Source: a virus
IMG/VR virus record: IMGVR_UViG_3300045988_111815
Coordinates: 80,893 to 144,892 of that record
Length of the DNA stretch: 64,000 bases
Strand: one strand, 5' to 3'
Shown: positions 1-10,800 of the stretch, piece after piece
Numbering within the stretch: position 1 is the stretch's first letter
Layout: every line of letters begins with the position of its first letter
The notes under the pieces: generated by a model
What the model saw: the letters and a program-made list of their open reading frames with translations, nothing else
Databases searched by the model: none
What the model was told of the DNA's origin: nothing
Position numbers and translations under genes: made by a program

Positions 1-162
1 CATTTACTGACGTTAGACGGGAAAAAGGATGGTGATGACATTGATTACAGCATGATGTATAGACAGCATCAAAAAGAAAGCGAAGAGGATAAGAAAATGG
101 CTTTGATTAATGCCGTGCTTCCCAATATACAACTTCGCATTAAAGGCGTCACTGATAATTAG
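1..162 (+). CDS. 3' end (last ~53 codons) of an upstream plus-strand gene; 5' end lies outside the window
   Basis: Frame 1 is open from position 1 to a TAG at 160-162 (…MALINAVLPNIQLRIKGVTDN*). A stem-loop plus T-tract terminator follows. Confidence 0.4.
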   Translation, partial: HLLTLDGKKDGDDIDYSMMYRQHQKESEEDKKMALINAVLPNIQLRIKGVTDN

Positions 163-198
163 AACAAGATTGTTTTATTTCTCATATTAATAAAGCGA

Positions 199-268
199 AG
201 CCGGATTTGAGACTCGTTATGCGGATACCGAAGGTTGAAGAACGATATCAAGATAATCCGGCTTTTTT
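199..268 (+). terminator. Rho-independent-like terminator after the upstream gene
   Basis: 9-bp inverted repeat AGCCGGATT (199-207) / AATCCGGCT (255-263), followed by TTTTTT (263-268). Confidence 0.45.
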
Positions 269-423
269 GTGCGATTTCGTGAAGGATGGAACTATCATCG
301 CCTTGGTTTAACAGAACAGACCTACGTACCTCCACTGTCCTGACGGGCATGGGAGCCCGTCTCGCCTACTACCTGCCTAATTCTCCACTGGCTACCTAAT
401 ATAACTATTAATGTCACTCCATC

Positions 424-448
424 ACCTATCTCCCTTCGGTAGATAGGT
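424..448. other. Hairpin 1 of a three-hairpin array: 8-bp stem with CCCTTCGGT loop
   Basis: ACCTATCT (424-431) / AGATAGGT (441-448), loop cccttcggt. The loop has a C(UUCG)G-like core. Confidence 0.6.
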
Positions 449-482
449 TCAGTCGTTTTTTAAATGTTATATGTTCTTTCGC

Positions 483-503
483 ATCGTTCCCTTCGGTCAC
501 GAT
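483..503. other. Hairpin 2 of the array: 5-bp stem, loop TCCCTTCGGTC
   Basis: ATCGT (483-487) / ACGAT (499-503). Same 11-nt loop as hairpin 3; the stem sequence differs, so the pairing covaries. Confidence 0.6.
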
Positions 504-574
504 ACTCAATCTTTTCACACAATTAGGCGAACAATACGATGACGGAAAAAATAATTTGTCAATCCGTTCACTCA

Positions 575-597
575 CTTAACTCCCTTCGGTCGTTAAG
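575..597. other. Hairpin 3 of the array: 6-bp stem, loop TCCCTTCGGTC
   Basis: CTTAAC (575-580) / GTTAAG (592-597). Loop identical to hairpin 2. Confidence 0.6.
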
Positions 598-811
598 TTC
601 ATTCACTGTAAACAATTATATGAATAAATGGTAAAGTATATAAAATAATATAAATAATATAATGAGTAAGATCATTGAAAATGGTCTTAATATTAAGGAA
701 AACGGAGACTATTCATAGGCGTAGTTTTAATTCAAGATTTGTTGTCCCACCACTGACGATCAGGCGGTTACGTTTCGAGCCGTTTTTCTGTCTCTTATCC
801 AAACCGTCATA

Positions 812-846
812 AAACAAAAAACCTTGTATCCTATTTCTCTCAAACC
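812..846. other. Perfect 10-bp inverted repeat just upstream of the promoter of the 924 gene
   Basis: CCTTGTATCC (812-821) / GGATACAAGG (837-846), 15-nt loop, then a T-rich stretch. Confidence 0.4.
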
Positions 847-894
847 GGATACAAGGCCGTGCATTTTCTTCTTTGAGCGTATGATGAAAAACCA

Positions 895-902
895 TATCTT
901 TG
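895..902 (+). promoter_or_regulatory. Bacteroides-type -7 promoter box (TAnnTTTG) for the 924 gene
   Basis: TATCTTTG lies 21 nt upstream of ATG 924. The same octamer sits upstream of the 2012 and 16369 genes. Confidence 0.5.
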
Positions 903-923
903 CACTAAAAAAACATTATCAAT

Positions 924-1943
924 ATGGACACAAAGTTAAAAGAAATAATAGATCCTCACAAGTTACACGACAAGCTCTTTAAGAAAGAGCAGGTCTCTCC
1001 GATAGAAGTTATATACAATAGTTTTAGCAACTTAGGGTGCAATGTAGTACGCCGTCCAGCCGGTCAGTGTTTAGGCAATTTGAGATATTTTAATCTATTT
1101 TATGACAAACATACTCATCATTTCTATCAGAAAGACAGGAAGTTGAGATATTGTAGCAACTTTCTCATATCTGATTACTGGAAAGATAGAGTGCGATGTT
1201 TCATAGTTTGGAACTTTGGATTTGGAAGATTCTTTCCGTACAATGACTTTATTGAGGCTATGGTTTATGATTATCTCCGATATGGTAGAAAGTCAGTTCC
1301 TTATCTTAAAAGCGTGCAAGAAGCTGAAGAAAAGTGTGTAAGGTTCTATATCCGGTCTCAGATAGATATGCTCCGTAAGGAAGGATATGCCGCATATCGG
1401 GCTAAGTTTAAGGAAGAACGTCCTCAGTATTTCATCGGAGACGATAGGACGGTGTTTAGATGCCTTGACAGCTCTTTGAAAAGAGAAGAGAAGATTGCTG
1501 CATGCGTAGCCCATAAAAGGGCTTTAAAAGAAGGGATAATGACTTCTTTCATCAACCATCTCAAGAAACATCCTACCACCTTGTATTCGTGGTTCTCGTC
1601 AGAGGTGGATAGTCAAGGAAAGAACAGGCTTTGTCTATCTGAAAAAGCCATTAATTATCTTAATAATAGGCTGGTTCGCAATGGGTTAAAGGATCTTTCC
1701 GCATCATATCTTTTTAGAACGTTTAGAAAAATGGTGAAGACCTTGTTCGGTTCCAATGTTAGGTCGTTCTTGAATAGCTGTCTGATGTCTGTTTCAACAG
1801 AAGAGGTTTTAACTAAATCTATGAAGAAAATAGTTTCCAAGACAGTGCTGTTTTTGTACAAGAGAGCGCTTAAGAACTATCGCCGGGCATGCGGTCTTAA
1901 GTACGACCCTGATTCGGGCGGTTTGTCTGTCATACGTCCCTGA
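924..1943 (+). CDS. Hypothetical protein (339 aa)
   Basis: Long ORF with an ATG start, preceded by a TAnnTTTG box. No recognisable motif. Confidence 0.6.
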   Translation: MDTKLKEIIDPHKLHDKLFKKEQVSPIEVIYNSFSNLGCNVVRRPAGQCLGNLRYFNLFYDKHTHHFYQKDRKLRYCSNFLISDYWKDRVRCFIVWNFGFGRFFPYNDFIEAMVYDYLRYGRKSVPYLKSVQEAEEKCVRFYIRSQIDMLRKEGYAAYRAKFKEERPQYFIGDDRTVFRCLDSSLKREEKIAACVAHKRALKEGIMTSFINHLKKHPTTLYSWFSSEVDSQGKNRLCLSEKAINYLNNRLVRNGLKDLSASYLFRTFRKMVKTLFGSNVRSFLNSCLMSVSTEEVLTKSMKKIVSKTVLFLYKRALKNYRRACGLKYDPDSGGLSVIRP

Positions 1944-1989
1944 TTTTTAAACGTATCCCATAACGTTGGATTTTCTCGTTCGTTTCTCT

Positions 1990-1997
1990 TATCTTTG
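1990..1997 (+). promoter_or_regulatory. Bacteroides-type -7 box (TATCTTTG) for the large-protein operon
   Basis: TATCTTTG lies 15 nt upstream of ATG 2012. Confidence 0.45.
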
Positions 1998-2011
1998 TGA
2001 AAAAAGATAGT

Positions 2012-4813
2012 ATGAGATTACGAATCATAAAAAATCGTCCGGTATTCGCTCCTGGTGGTAGTGTTCAGGATGTTACACAACAGGCTGATACGACATCTAA
2101 TCCATATATTGATATGGACATGTCTAATGTTCCTGGTATGAGTGAGATAAATTCGGAAATAGATACGATGGAGGCGGGATTTGACAATATTATAGGTCCT
2201 GACTATTCTACTATAAAAATGCAAGAACCTTCTATTCCGACTATGAATGTAAGTAATAACAATACGTTCGATCCTAAGTCTATGCCCAAAGGAACTATTG
2301 TTAGTGTTGATAAAGAAGAAAATCAATCAAATGAAAAGCGATCACAAGATGGGAATCCTCTGGATCCTATGACTGCTCCTTATTATTCTCCTGATCTTGG
2401 AGGTCGAGCTCAAATGTTCGGTACAAGTCTTGGTCGGATAAGAGCAGGTAATAAGGTCGGCGCTAATGTGGCACAGGCTGCTTTTTCTGGATTGAGCCTT
2501 GGCATGGGTCTTGCTCGTAATATCATGGGAGCTTCATCTGCTGCGTATGCAGCCAGCAGAGACGAGCAGGCGGCAAGGGAAAAGCTCGAAAAAGAGCGCC
2601 GGCAGCAGTTTATCCGATGGGAACGTGAAGGAGGTGGCGTTAATCTTGGAAATGGTCAGAGAATAGATACGTCTGATTTGACAGGAGAATACATTTACCC
2701 TCTTCCTAAATCTATGGAGGATAATGCTAATGTTGAGATAGAAAAAGGAGAATACGTTTCGACTCCGGATGATGTTGGTCCTATGGAGGCAAAAGGCAAC
2801 AGGCATGAAGACGGTGGCACTCCCGTTGATTTGCCAGAAGCTCATATTATTTCAGATTACCGTACTATCGATGATGATTTCGCTTCTTACGTAAGGGAAA
2901 ATTATGGCATTAGCGCTACGGAAAAAGATACGTATGCTACGCTTCTTGATAGATATAAGAAAAAAATAGGATTGTCCGAAAAGTATGATGATCAGGAACG
3001 TGTTTTCAAGAGGTTAGAAAAGAATAAGGATGTTAAGGATAAAAATACTTCTGAGTTGAATAAGTCCATTCTTTCCAAGTACGTAAATGATAATCAAAAG
3101 GAAATAGACGAACTTGAGGTGCAATCCAGGTCTTTTGCTGATATTGTCTATAACAAACAAGAGGAATCCAAGCGCCAAGAAAAGATAGATGCTTTTTTTA
3201 GGGATGGCGGGGTTGTTGATCTGAATCAGGTAAAGAAACAAGCTAAGGCTTTTAATATTGCAGAATCAGATGCTAAGAACTGGATATATGACGAGTATGT
3301 TAAGCAAACCAGAAAAATGGCTGAAGGTGGACCTACTCAGAAGGAGCTGGAGGAACTTAGAAAGAATGCTATCGGCTACAATAAGCTTATCAATCAGTTA
3401 TTTGGACGAACTCTTAATATGACTGTATCTGATGTTAGTGGTCGTGAGCAGATTCTTAATCCTGATTCCAGTGTCAATGCCAACCAGAATCTCCAACATA
3501 GAAGCAATTTAGGATACGGCAGGGTAAATGATAAGGCGGTATCTAATTTGCTCGACATAAACCGATGGGCTAACAAGTACAATACGGATGGTGATTTTGA
3601 TACAGAAGGTTTCCAGAAAGAATACAACAGGCAATTAAATGCATTGTGGGCGTTAGCTGATGTAGGCGCTATTACGAATGCTGATGCAGCCAAGAAATTC
3701 AGAGATGAATACGGATTCTGGGGCCAGGACGCCGGAAGCTACGGAGGGAATCAGGCTTATAATTCATTTGCCGTAGATGATAAGTTTGGTCAGACAACAG
3801 CTACTCGTTCTTATTATGGGTTGGACGTTGTTTCGGCAGAGCAAAAAAGATTGTTAAACGAAAAAGGGATAAAGAATTATGTTGACTTATTTGGTGATAA
3901 ATCTGATGCCGCTAAGAAGATTCTGGGCTCCGATTATAATAAGTTTGTTGCTTTAAGAGATAGTGGGTTAATGCCGGAAATAGACTTCGTTCTTGAGTCT
4001 GTTAAACCAGAAATGAAGCCTATTGAGGCCGGTCCCATAGCACCAGGCCTTACACCGCCTAAGATTGGATCTACTGGAAGGATAGAGGTAAAACCGAAAG
4101 CAAGTACGCCTACGACTGCAACCGACACCGATACAGAGGAGGTGGTTGAAGACAACGGACCTAAAGGACAGGGCAGACCGGCGGCGTTCGGTCCTATTTT
4201 CCCGGAGATGCTGAGAACGCTCGATACAGGCTTGGAGATAGAAGGTCTGGAAAGGCATCAGGCTCCGAGAATAGACCCGGTTCTTCAATCTGCTGATCAG
4301 TATATCAACGAGCTCAACCGCGCGACATCGGCTCAGTTGGACGCAGTAGGTGACGTGCCCGACTCCCAGCGCTCCGCTATTCTGGCTAATATGAACGCCA
4401 TAGCCGGAAGCAATATAGCCAAGTACATTAACGAAGTAAATTTCAATAACGCAAGGCAAATAAACGAAGCTGATAGATTCAATGAAATGGCTTATGTTCA
4501 GACAGACGATAAGAACATAGCGGAAAGGCAACGTTATGAATCTGGGTTATTGAAGGCTATGGCTATAAGGGATGAAAATCTTGCTCGTTATTATGACAGC
4601 ATAAACAGTGAGATACAGAATAAGTTCAATGTTCGTACATCGTTGAATACCATAGCTTCCATAGCTCCGAATATGAGAATGCTTCCAAGTGGTCAAATTA
4701 TTTACGTTCAAGGTAATCAGGATGTGATGAATATGGGTGATTATTCTACACCTTACTTGAGAAGTTTAAATGAAGAAGATGATGAAATTAAAAGAAGAAG
4801 GAGGACCAAATAG
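2012..4813 (+). CDS. Large hypothetical virion/tail-associated protein (~934 aa)
   Basis: ORF 1997..4813 in the track begins at a GTG; the likely start is ATG 2012 (MRLRIIKN…). It is the first of four coupled large ORFs, which in crAss-like phages is the virion/cargo gene position. No catalytic motif seen. Confidence 0.65.
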   Translation: MRLRIIKNRPVFAPGGSVQDVTQQADTTSNPYIDMDMSNVPGMSEINSEIDTMEAGFDNIIGPDYSTIKMQEPSIPTMNVSNNNTFDPKSMPKGTIVSVDKEENQSNEKRSQDGNPLDPMTAPYYSPDLGGRAQMFGTSLGRIRAGNKVGANVAQAAFSGLSLGMGLARNIMGASSAAYAASRDEQAAREKLEKERRQQFIRWEREGGGVNLGNGQRIDTSDLTGEYIYPLPKSMEDNANVEIEKGEYVSTPDDVGPMEAKGNRHEDGGTPVDLPEAHIISDYRTIDDDFASYVRENYGISATEKDTYATLLDRYKKKIGLSEKYDDQERVFKRLEKNKDVKDKNTSELNKSILSKYVNDNQKEIDELEVQSRSFADIVYNKQEESKRQEKIDAFFRDGGVVDLNQVKKQAKAFNIAESDAKNWIYDEYVKQTRKMAEGGPTQKELEELRKNAIGYNKLINQLFGRTLNMTVSDVSGREQILNPDSSVNANQNLQHRSNLGYGRVNDKAVSNLLDINRWANKYNTDGDFDTEGFQKEYNRQLNALWALADVGAITNADAAKKFRDEYGFWGQDAGSYGGNQAYNSFAVDDKFGQTTATRSYYGLDVVSAEQKRLLNEKGIKNYVDLFGDKSDAAKKILGSDYNKFVALRDSGLMPEIDFVLESVKPEMKPIEAGPIAPGLTPPKIGSTGRIEVKPKASTPTTATDTDTEEVVEDNGPKGQGRPAAFGPIFPEMLRTLDTGLEIEGLERHQAPRIDPVLQSADQYINELNRATSAQLDAVGDVPDSQRSAILANMNAIAGSNIAKYINEVNFNNARQINEADRFNEMAYVQTDDKNIAERQRYESGLLKAMAIRDENLARYYDSINSEIQNKFNVRTSLNTIASIAPNMRMLPSGQIIYVQGNQDVMNMGDYSTPYLRSLNEEDDEIKRRRRTK

Positions 4814-7800
4814 TGGCTTCACAGTATAGTATTTTAAGGCAATATGCCCCGTATGTTAGTCCTTACAACATAGATCTTGTTAAGGACGTCATGATGTACA
4901 AACAGCAGAAGGTTGATGCTGCTCGTGAAAAGATCTATACCCAGGTAGATTATCTTATGGGTCAAGAGATAGATAAGCCTGAAGCCCGCGCTTATATGGA
5001 AGATAAGATGTCAGGTGTGATTGCTAACATCAATCAAAAATTCAAAGGCGTGGATCTTTCTTCTGATGGTGTTACGAGAGCCATACAAGGAGAGATAAGT
5101 TCGGTGTTAGATGATACGGTCATTAACGCGATTGCCGGCACAAAAGAAGGCAAGAGGGTTATGAAGGAAATAGAATCTATAAAACAGAATCATCCTGAAC
5201 TTTATTCTCCTATTAATGAATGGCATGCTTTGGACCCTTATTACAAATGGAGGTCAGATGGTAAAGCAGGATCAAGGTTGGGAGGTCTTCATTATTCTCC
5301 TTATGTCGATTATACTAAGGAGATAAATAAGCTGGTCAGTGATTTTAGGAAAAACAACGAAGGCAAGAAGATTCAGACAACAGAATATGATGTTAAAGGT
5401 AATCCTACTGGTGGAATCATAGAAGTCAACGTAGATGAGCTTACTGATTCCCAGATAAGGAATTTTGTGTCTGCTAACTTATCTGAAAACATGAGGAATC
5501 AGATGAGAATAGAAGCATCATACATGGCAGCTACCAATCCGGTGTTCAGTAATCCGGATTTGGTTAGTCAATACATTGGGTCTTATGTCGAAAGATACGA
5601 TAGGCACATAGGAGCATTGGAAGCAAAAAAGAAATCAGTAGGGGATAATAAGGATATTATTGATCGTATTGACAGTCAGATACAGGAAGCTAAAAATCAG
5701 AAAGCAGAAGCCAAGAGGGAGGCAGATATGATAATAGCTTCATCAGATCCGGTAGCGGCTGCTAATTTTGTTGTTACCAATAATCTTTTCGATAAGATGA
5801 CTGATGCATGGAGATACGACAATACAAGTTTTGAAAGGAAGAAAGATGATCTTTATTTTGCAAGGTTGGCAGAGGATAGGGCTCAGCAAAAGTTTTTGAC
5901 TGATAATGCTAAGTCTATGGTTGAAATATCGTTGGCAAAAGAGCAACTTGCACAGGCTAAGATTGAAACCGAATACATGCGTACTTACGGTTCCAAGATG
6001 GGCACTGAAAGCTCATCCGGAGGCACAAGAGGAGCAGGCGGTGTAGGAGTGCCGATGGCTCCTATGGACGGGCCTACGGCTATCAATTCTGGAACGGGTA
6101 AGATAGGATCTGTTAATTTGGCTAATATCCCTTATGAACAACTCACATCTTCTTCCACAGAGCGTAGAGCAAATTTATTGAAATTATATAATTCATTATC
6201 TCCTACAGACAGAAGTAATATCGTTGCAGCATCATACGAAGAAGAAAAAACTGACCCAGGATTGTATGCTAATATGACTCCTGAAGAACGGATATATTCT
6301 TATTTAAAAAATAATGGAGGTCAGAAAAACGGATATTTTGGACAAGGAAATAACAGATTGTCTGAAGCTTATGATGCTTTACTTCTTTCTGATTCTAAGG
6401 CAAATGGAGCTACAAAGGCTATAAATAACATAACTGATTATCAAATAGATAATATAGTTACTAAAAAAAATAAGGATATTATCAGTAAAGTTCGTAATGC
6501 TAAGTTTATGAAAGGAAATTCTTTTATAAATCTTACCGATACAGATGATAAGGCTGGAGCCTTCCTGCTCGCCACAGCCATAACAACTGGTGTATCTGAT
6601 GCCGTAGGGTTCAGAGAATACATGATGGACCCTTCAAGAGGAATAGATATTCTTAGTGCTATATCTCCGTCATTAGGAGCTAAGGCGAGTGCCGGCAAGT
6701 TGGGGAAAAACATATCTGATGCTATTACAAGCGAGAATAATGGTTCTTCTACTGGTACATTGGCTCTTATTAATGGAATGAAGAAACTCAACGGCGATCC
6801 TGATTTTAATATATCAGATTATATGACCATAGATAAGGATGGTGATATAGATTTAAAAGATTATCAGGAAGGTGAACCATTAACTATTACCCAGCTAAGA
6901 TATGCTGAGAAAAACAGTAGAGTGTCTGATATGATAGCAGGTCAGATGCAGGATGAGATAAAAATGTCTGTATCTCCTGATCAGATTTCTGATAAGTTAT
7001 CTCAGTATCATTACCTTGATTCTTACAAAAGATACAATTGGAATGCCGATTCACCGGAAAAGTCTTTGCAGAAGGCTCAGTTTAGAAGATTGTCTGGTTA
7101 CATGGCAGGAAAGGTAAATAATCTGGATCCTACTGCTATTAATGCCATTAATATGGATGCCGAGATAGATAATGGCACTGTTAGAAGATTCTTGACTGCT
7201 CAAGTAGGTTCCGGTAAAAATTCTTATGTTACAGAAAGGGTTGAGATTACGAATGACGAGCTTCTTAAGGCGGGTATAGATCCTTCGGTCGAGGAGCGTA
7301 ATTATCCGGTGGATGGTTACAAATCAAGTTTTGGAACCTGTGATTTTGTAGATACCGGAAAGAAGGAAGGTTATTCTTATGATAAGTATCTTATACGTAA
7401 TGGTCTTCCCCGTTTGGCTTCTAAGGCTGATGTTAAGAATGATCTTTATGATATAGTAAAGGTTCATGGTTCTTACCTTAAGCCAGAAGAAATGAATGTT
7501 GTTAAAACCCTTGTTGATAATTTTATTGACATGTCTGATAACATATCAGTTCAGTTGGAGGGAATGGATGACAGGGGTTCAAGAGAGGTAGCGGTCAATT
7601 TCTATGACAAAAGGACTAAAAATTCTAAAAATCCTGCATTGTTGTTCTCGGATTTTGTTCCTTTGGATCCAGGTAATGATGAGTATGCGGATTACTGGAA
7701 TAGCATTCACCAGAAGTGTCCTCAGTACTTCTTTGTAAAATACGTGAAGGAGGCTGTTCAAGAACGTCTTGATCAGATGAGGGATCCGTATATGAGAGGA

Positions 7801-7872
7801 ATAAATATCACGCCCAATATGAATGACAAGTTTAGTAAGTTGAACGATTTTTTGCAGAAAATTTATGGCTGA
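4813..7872 (+). CDS. Large hypothetical virion-associated protein (1019 aa)
   Basis: GTG start shares one base with the upstream stop (TAGTG), indicating translational coupling. No recognisable domain. Confidence 0.65.
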   Translation: MASQYSILRQYAPYVSPYNIDLVKDVMMYKQQKVDAAREKIYTQVDYLMGQEIDKPEARAYMEDKMSGVIANINQKFKGVDLSSDGVTRAIQGEISSVLDDTVINAIAGTKEGKRVMKEIESIKQNHPELYSPINEWHALDPYYKWRSDGKAGSRLGGLHYSPYVDYTKEINKLVSDFRKNNEGKKIQTTEYDVKGNPTGGIIEVNVDELTDSQIRNFVSANLSENMRNQMRIEASYMAATNPVFSNPDLVSQYIGSYVERYDRHIGALEAKKKSVGDNKDIIDRIDSQIQEAKNQKAEAKREADMIIASSDPVAAANFVVTNNLFDKMTDAWRYDNTSFERKKDDLYFARLAEDRAQQKFLTDNAKSMVEISLAKEQLAQAKIETEYMRTYGSKMGTESSSGGTRGAGGVGVPMAPMDGPTAINSGTGKIGSVNLANIPYEQLTSSSTERRANLLKLYNSLSPTDRSNIVAASYEEEKTDPGLYANMTPEERIYSYLKNNGGQKNGYFGQGNNRLSEAYDALLLSDSKANGATKAINNITDYQIDNIVTKKNKDIISKVRNAKFMKGNSFINLTDTDDKAGAFLLATAITTGVSDAVGFREYMMDPSRGIDILSAISPSLGAKASAGKLGKNISDAITSENNGSSTGTLALINGMKKLNGDPDFNISDYMTIDKDGDIDLKDYQEGEPLTITQLRYAEKNSRVSDMIAGQMQDEIKMSVSPDQISDKLSQYHYLDSYKRYNWNADSPEKSLQKAQFRRLSGYMAGKVNNLDPTAINAINMDAEIDNGTVRRFLTAQVGSGKNSYVTERVEITNDELLKAGIDPSVEERNYPVDGYKSSFGTCDFVDTGKKEGYSYDKYLIRNGLPRLASKADVKNDLYDIVKVHGSYLKPEEMNVVKTLVDNFIDMSDNISVQLEGMDDRGSREVAVNFYDKRTKNSKNPALLFSDFVPLDPGNDEYADYWNSIHQKCPQYFFVKYVKEAVQERLDQMRDPYMRGINITPNMNDKFSKLNDFLQKIYG

Positions 7873-10800
7873 CAATAATATAGATAGATATAATCCTGCT
7901 GCTAAAACCACTTACGAAGATGTGGCAAGGCAAAGGAAATTAGCCGAAGAAGAGAATTACACTCCGGCTACATTACCAGAGACGACAACGCCTCTGGTTC
8001 CTAATTATATGCCTGGTGAAGGTGTGTATGCCCAACCTAAATTTCCGGATTACGCATCAAGGATAGCTGCTGCCGAATACGAAGAACCGTATATAGCCAA
8101 GGAGATAAGCAACAGCTACTCAGAGGCACTGGCTCGTAACAGCTACAGGGGGGCTACACCTGCCCCGCCGCCTCTTAATCCCTATGGACCGAAGGTAAGT
8201 ATCCGTGAAAGTCATCAGATGGGTAATGATGGGGTATGGCGTACAAAATATTCTAACTATATTCCGGGTATAAACAATGAAGATTATTATGCCAGGAGAC
8301 AGAGCGGATGGAGTAAGTTTTGGAATGGTGTAGGCAAATTCGCTTTAAAATCCGCATTGTACGGTGCACAAGGAGTTGTGTCATTGCCTGACAAACTTAT
8401 CAATATGGCATCTGAGGGAAGTTACAAAGCTGCGTTAAACACTAACATGGATAAGTTTGTAGGTGATCTTGACCAGCAAATAGACATGCTTCTTCCCCAT
8501 TATTACAAGAAAGAGGTAGAAGATTATAATTTTGGTCAGAAGCTTTTTAAGGATACCGGTAATTTCTTGTGGAATGACGTCCTTGGTAATGGTATGTCTT
8601 TTACCGTAGGAGCCATGATATCAGCGTACATGACCGGAGGACTTGGAGTTGGATCATTGGGTAATATAGGCGCTAAATTAGGTGGAAGAATCGGAGCTAA
8701 GTTAGCAGCAAGGCAAGCTGCCAATAGGGGCATAGGAAGCCTTAAAAGCGTGTTTAACGACTATGTAAGAAAAGGAGTTGCTACCGGAAGAAATGTAGGG
8801 GAGGCGGCTAAGACCATGACGTTGTTGGCTACCAGTGCCGGATTCGAGTCATCGGTTGAAGCAAATTCTTTTATGAAGCAATCTGAGTCTGATTTCAAGG
8901 ATTATTATCGTAAGATTTATGGTCGTGATCCCAATGCAGAGGAAATGGCTGTTTTTCGTAATTCTAATGCTGATGTAGGTAGTGCTATATTTGCCGCCAA
9001 TATGGGTATCGTAGGATTATCTAACTGGCTTCTTTTTGGTAAGTATATAGGGTTAGGAGGCAAGGCTATACCAGGGTTGGAAAAGAGGCTCAACAAGCAT
9101 TTATTTGGATTAGGGACGGAAGTTGCGAAGCCGGGAGAGATGGCTATTAAAATAACCAATCCCAATATAGGACAGAAGATAGCAGGCAATGTTTTCAATA
9201 TCATGAAAAGACCGGTATCTGAAGGCTTATGGGAAGAAGGATCTCAAGGTGCTGTTCAGAATACGGCTGAGGAATATGTTAAGTCAAGATATGATAATGT
9301 CGCCATGAACGGAGCCGTTGATGTTCTTGATGCTATTTCTGAAGGATTTAAAAAGCAATATACGTCTAAAGAAGGATGGACTGAAATAGGAATCGGTGCT
9401 ATTATCGGTTCTTTGTTTGGTATGAGAGAAGGCTTCTTTGGGGTGAAAGAGTATAGTAATAGTCAGATCTTGCTGGAAAGGCAAGTGAATGAATATAACA
9501 AAGCATCTTCTAATCTTAACACGGCGGCTTTGAATACGTTGAAAAAATCAATGAGTTTAGGGCCTCAAGTTCGTTCCGATGCCCAGTCTATGACTGGTAA
9601 GGAGCTTGATGATGCTATGTTTGAAAAGATGTCTATTGACAACCAAATGGGAACCTTAGAGGATTCGGCTGAAAATTTCCGGCAGATGATTGATATGATG
9701 CCTATTTCGGAAATAGCCGAAGCTAATGGAATGTCTTTGGAAGAGGCAAAGAAATACAAGGACTCTATTATTGATAATTATAATAATCGTCTTTCGGATT
9801 TCAGATCTGCCCAGAGTTTTGCCGAAGATCTTATAGGTGATGATTCTAAGATTGAGTTTAGGAAATACGTGGCTCGTAATGCTTTTCTTGGTCTTCAATC
9901 GGAATCAAGAATGAAAGACATAGCTTCTGTCATAGAAACGCTTTCGGGGCAGCCTCGCGTGGCGGATGCTCTAAGTACGTTCTCCCGGCTGTCGGACAGG
10001 GCAAGGGAGCGGGCGATGGCTATCCGTGGCATACGGTCAAGAATAGAAGAACTTGAATCCGAAATAGAAGATCTTGCTACCCGCCCTCGCAACGTAGAAG
10101 GGAAAGATCCACAAGCTGAATCCATACAACGAAAAACCAAAGAATTGGAAAGCCTTAGAACCAATTACAACAATTCGTTGTCTGAGTTATCAACGTTAAT
10201 AGGAAAAGAGTTTTCGATAGAAGAGCTGGTAAGTAAAACCGAATCTGTTTTATCATCTCCTCTTTCTCCCATAAGTTCACAAGATGTGATAGAAGCCTAT
10301 GATACGCTTGTGGCTTTTGATGATTATTTTAATGTAAAATCAAGACAGGAAAAGAAGTTTACAGCCAAAGACAAAGCCATGAGATCCTTGGTAAATGAAT
10401 ACCGAAGAAGTTTGATGGACTATAGGAATATGAATAACTTCTTGTCTAAGATGCTTGATAAAAGATTCTTAGCTGAGGAAAACAGGGGGTTTTCAAAAGC
10501 GCTGTCTTCTCTATGGTCTACTCCTTATAAAGGGGATGACAAGGTTCCTGATTTTGCAGAGTCTAATAAAGTTGGTGAATATGACACTGATGAGGTAGTA
10601 GATCAAGCTGTGTCAGAAGGTAAGATTTCGGAAGACGAAGCTTGGACTATCAAGGCTTTTATGCATGCTCTTGATAAAGTAAGGGAAGATAGGATGAAGG
10701 AAGCAGAAGATGATATAAAAGAGTCACCGCTTACGGAGTCTGTATCGGATGAAGATTATGAGGCTGCTATGGATAATCCTATTATGGTTCCGGCCGTAAG

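Noticed and set aside
159-895. Minus-strand track ORFs 159..350 (63 aa) and 713..895 (60 aa)
   Set aside because: They lie inside the structured non-coding region, overlap the terminator hairpin and a promoter, have no start context, and show junk-like composition. Most likely spurious.
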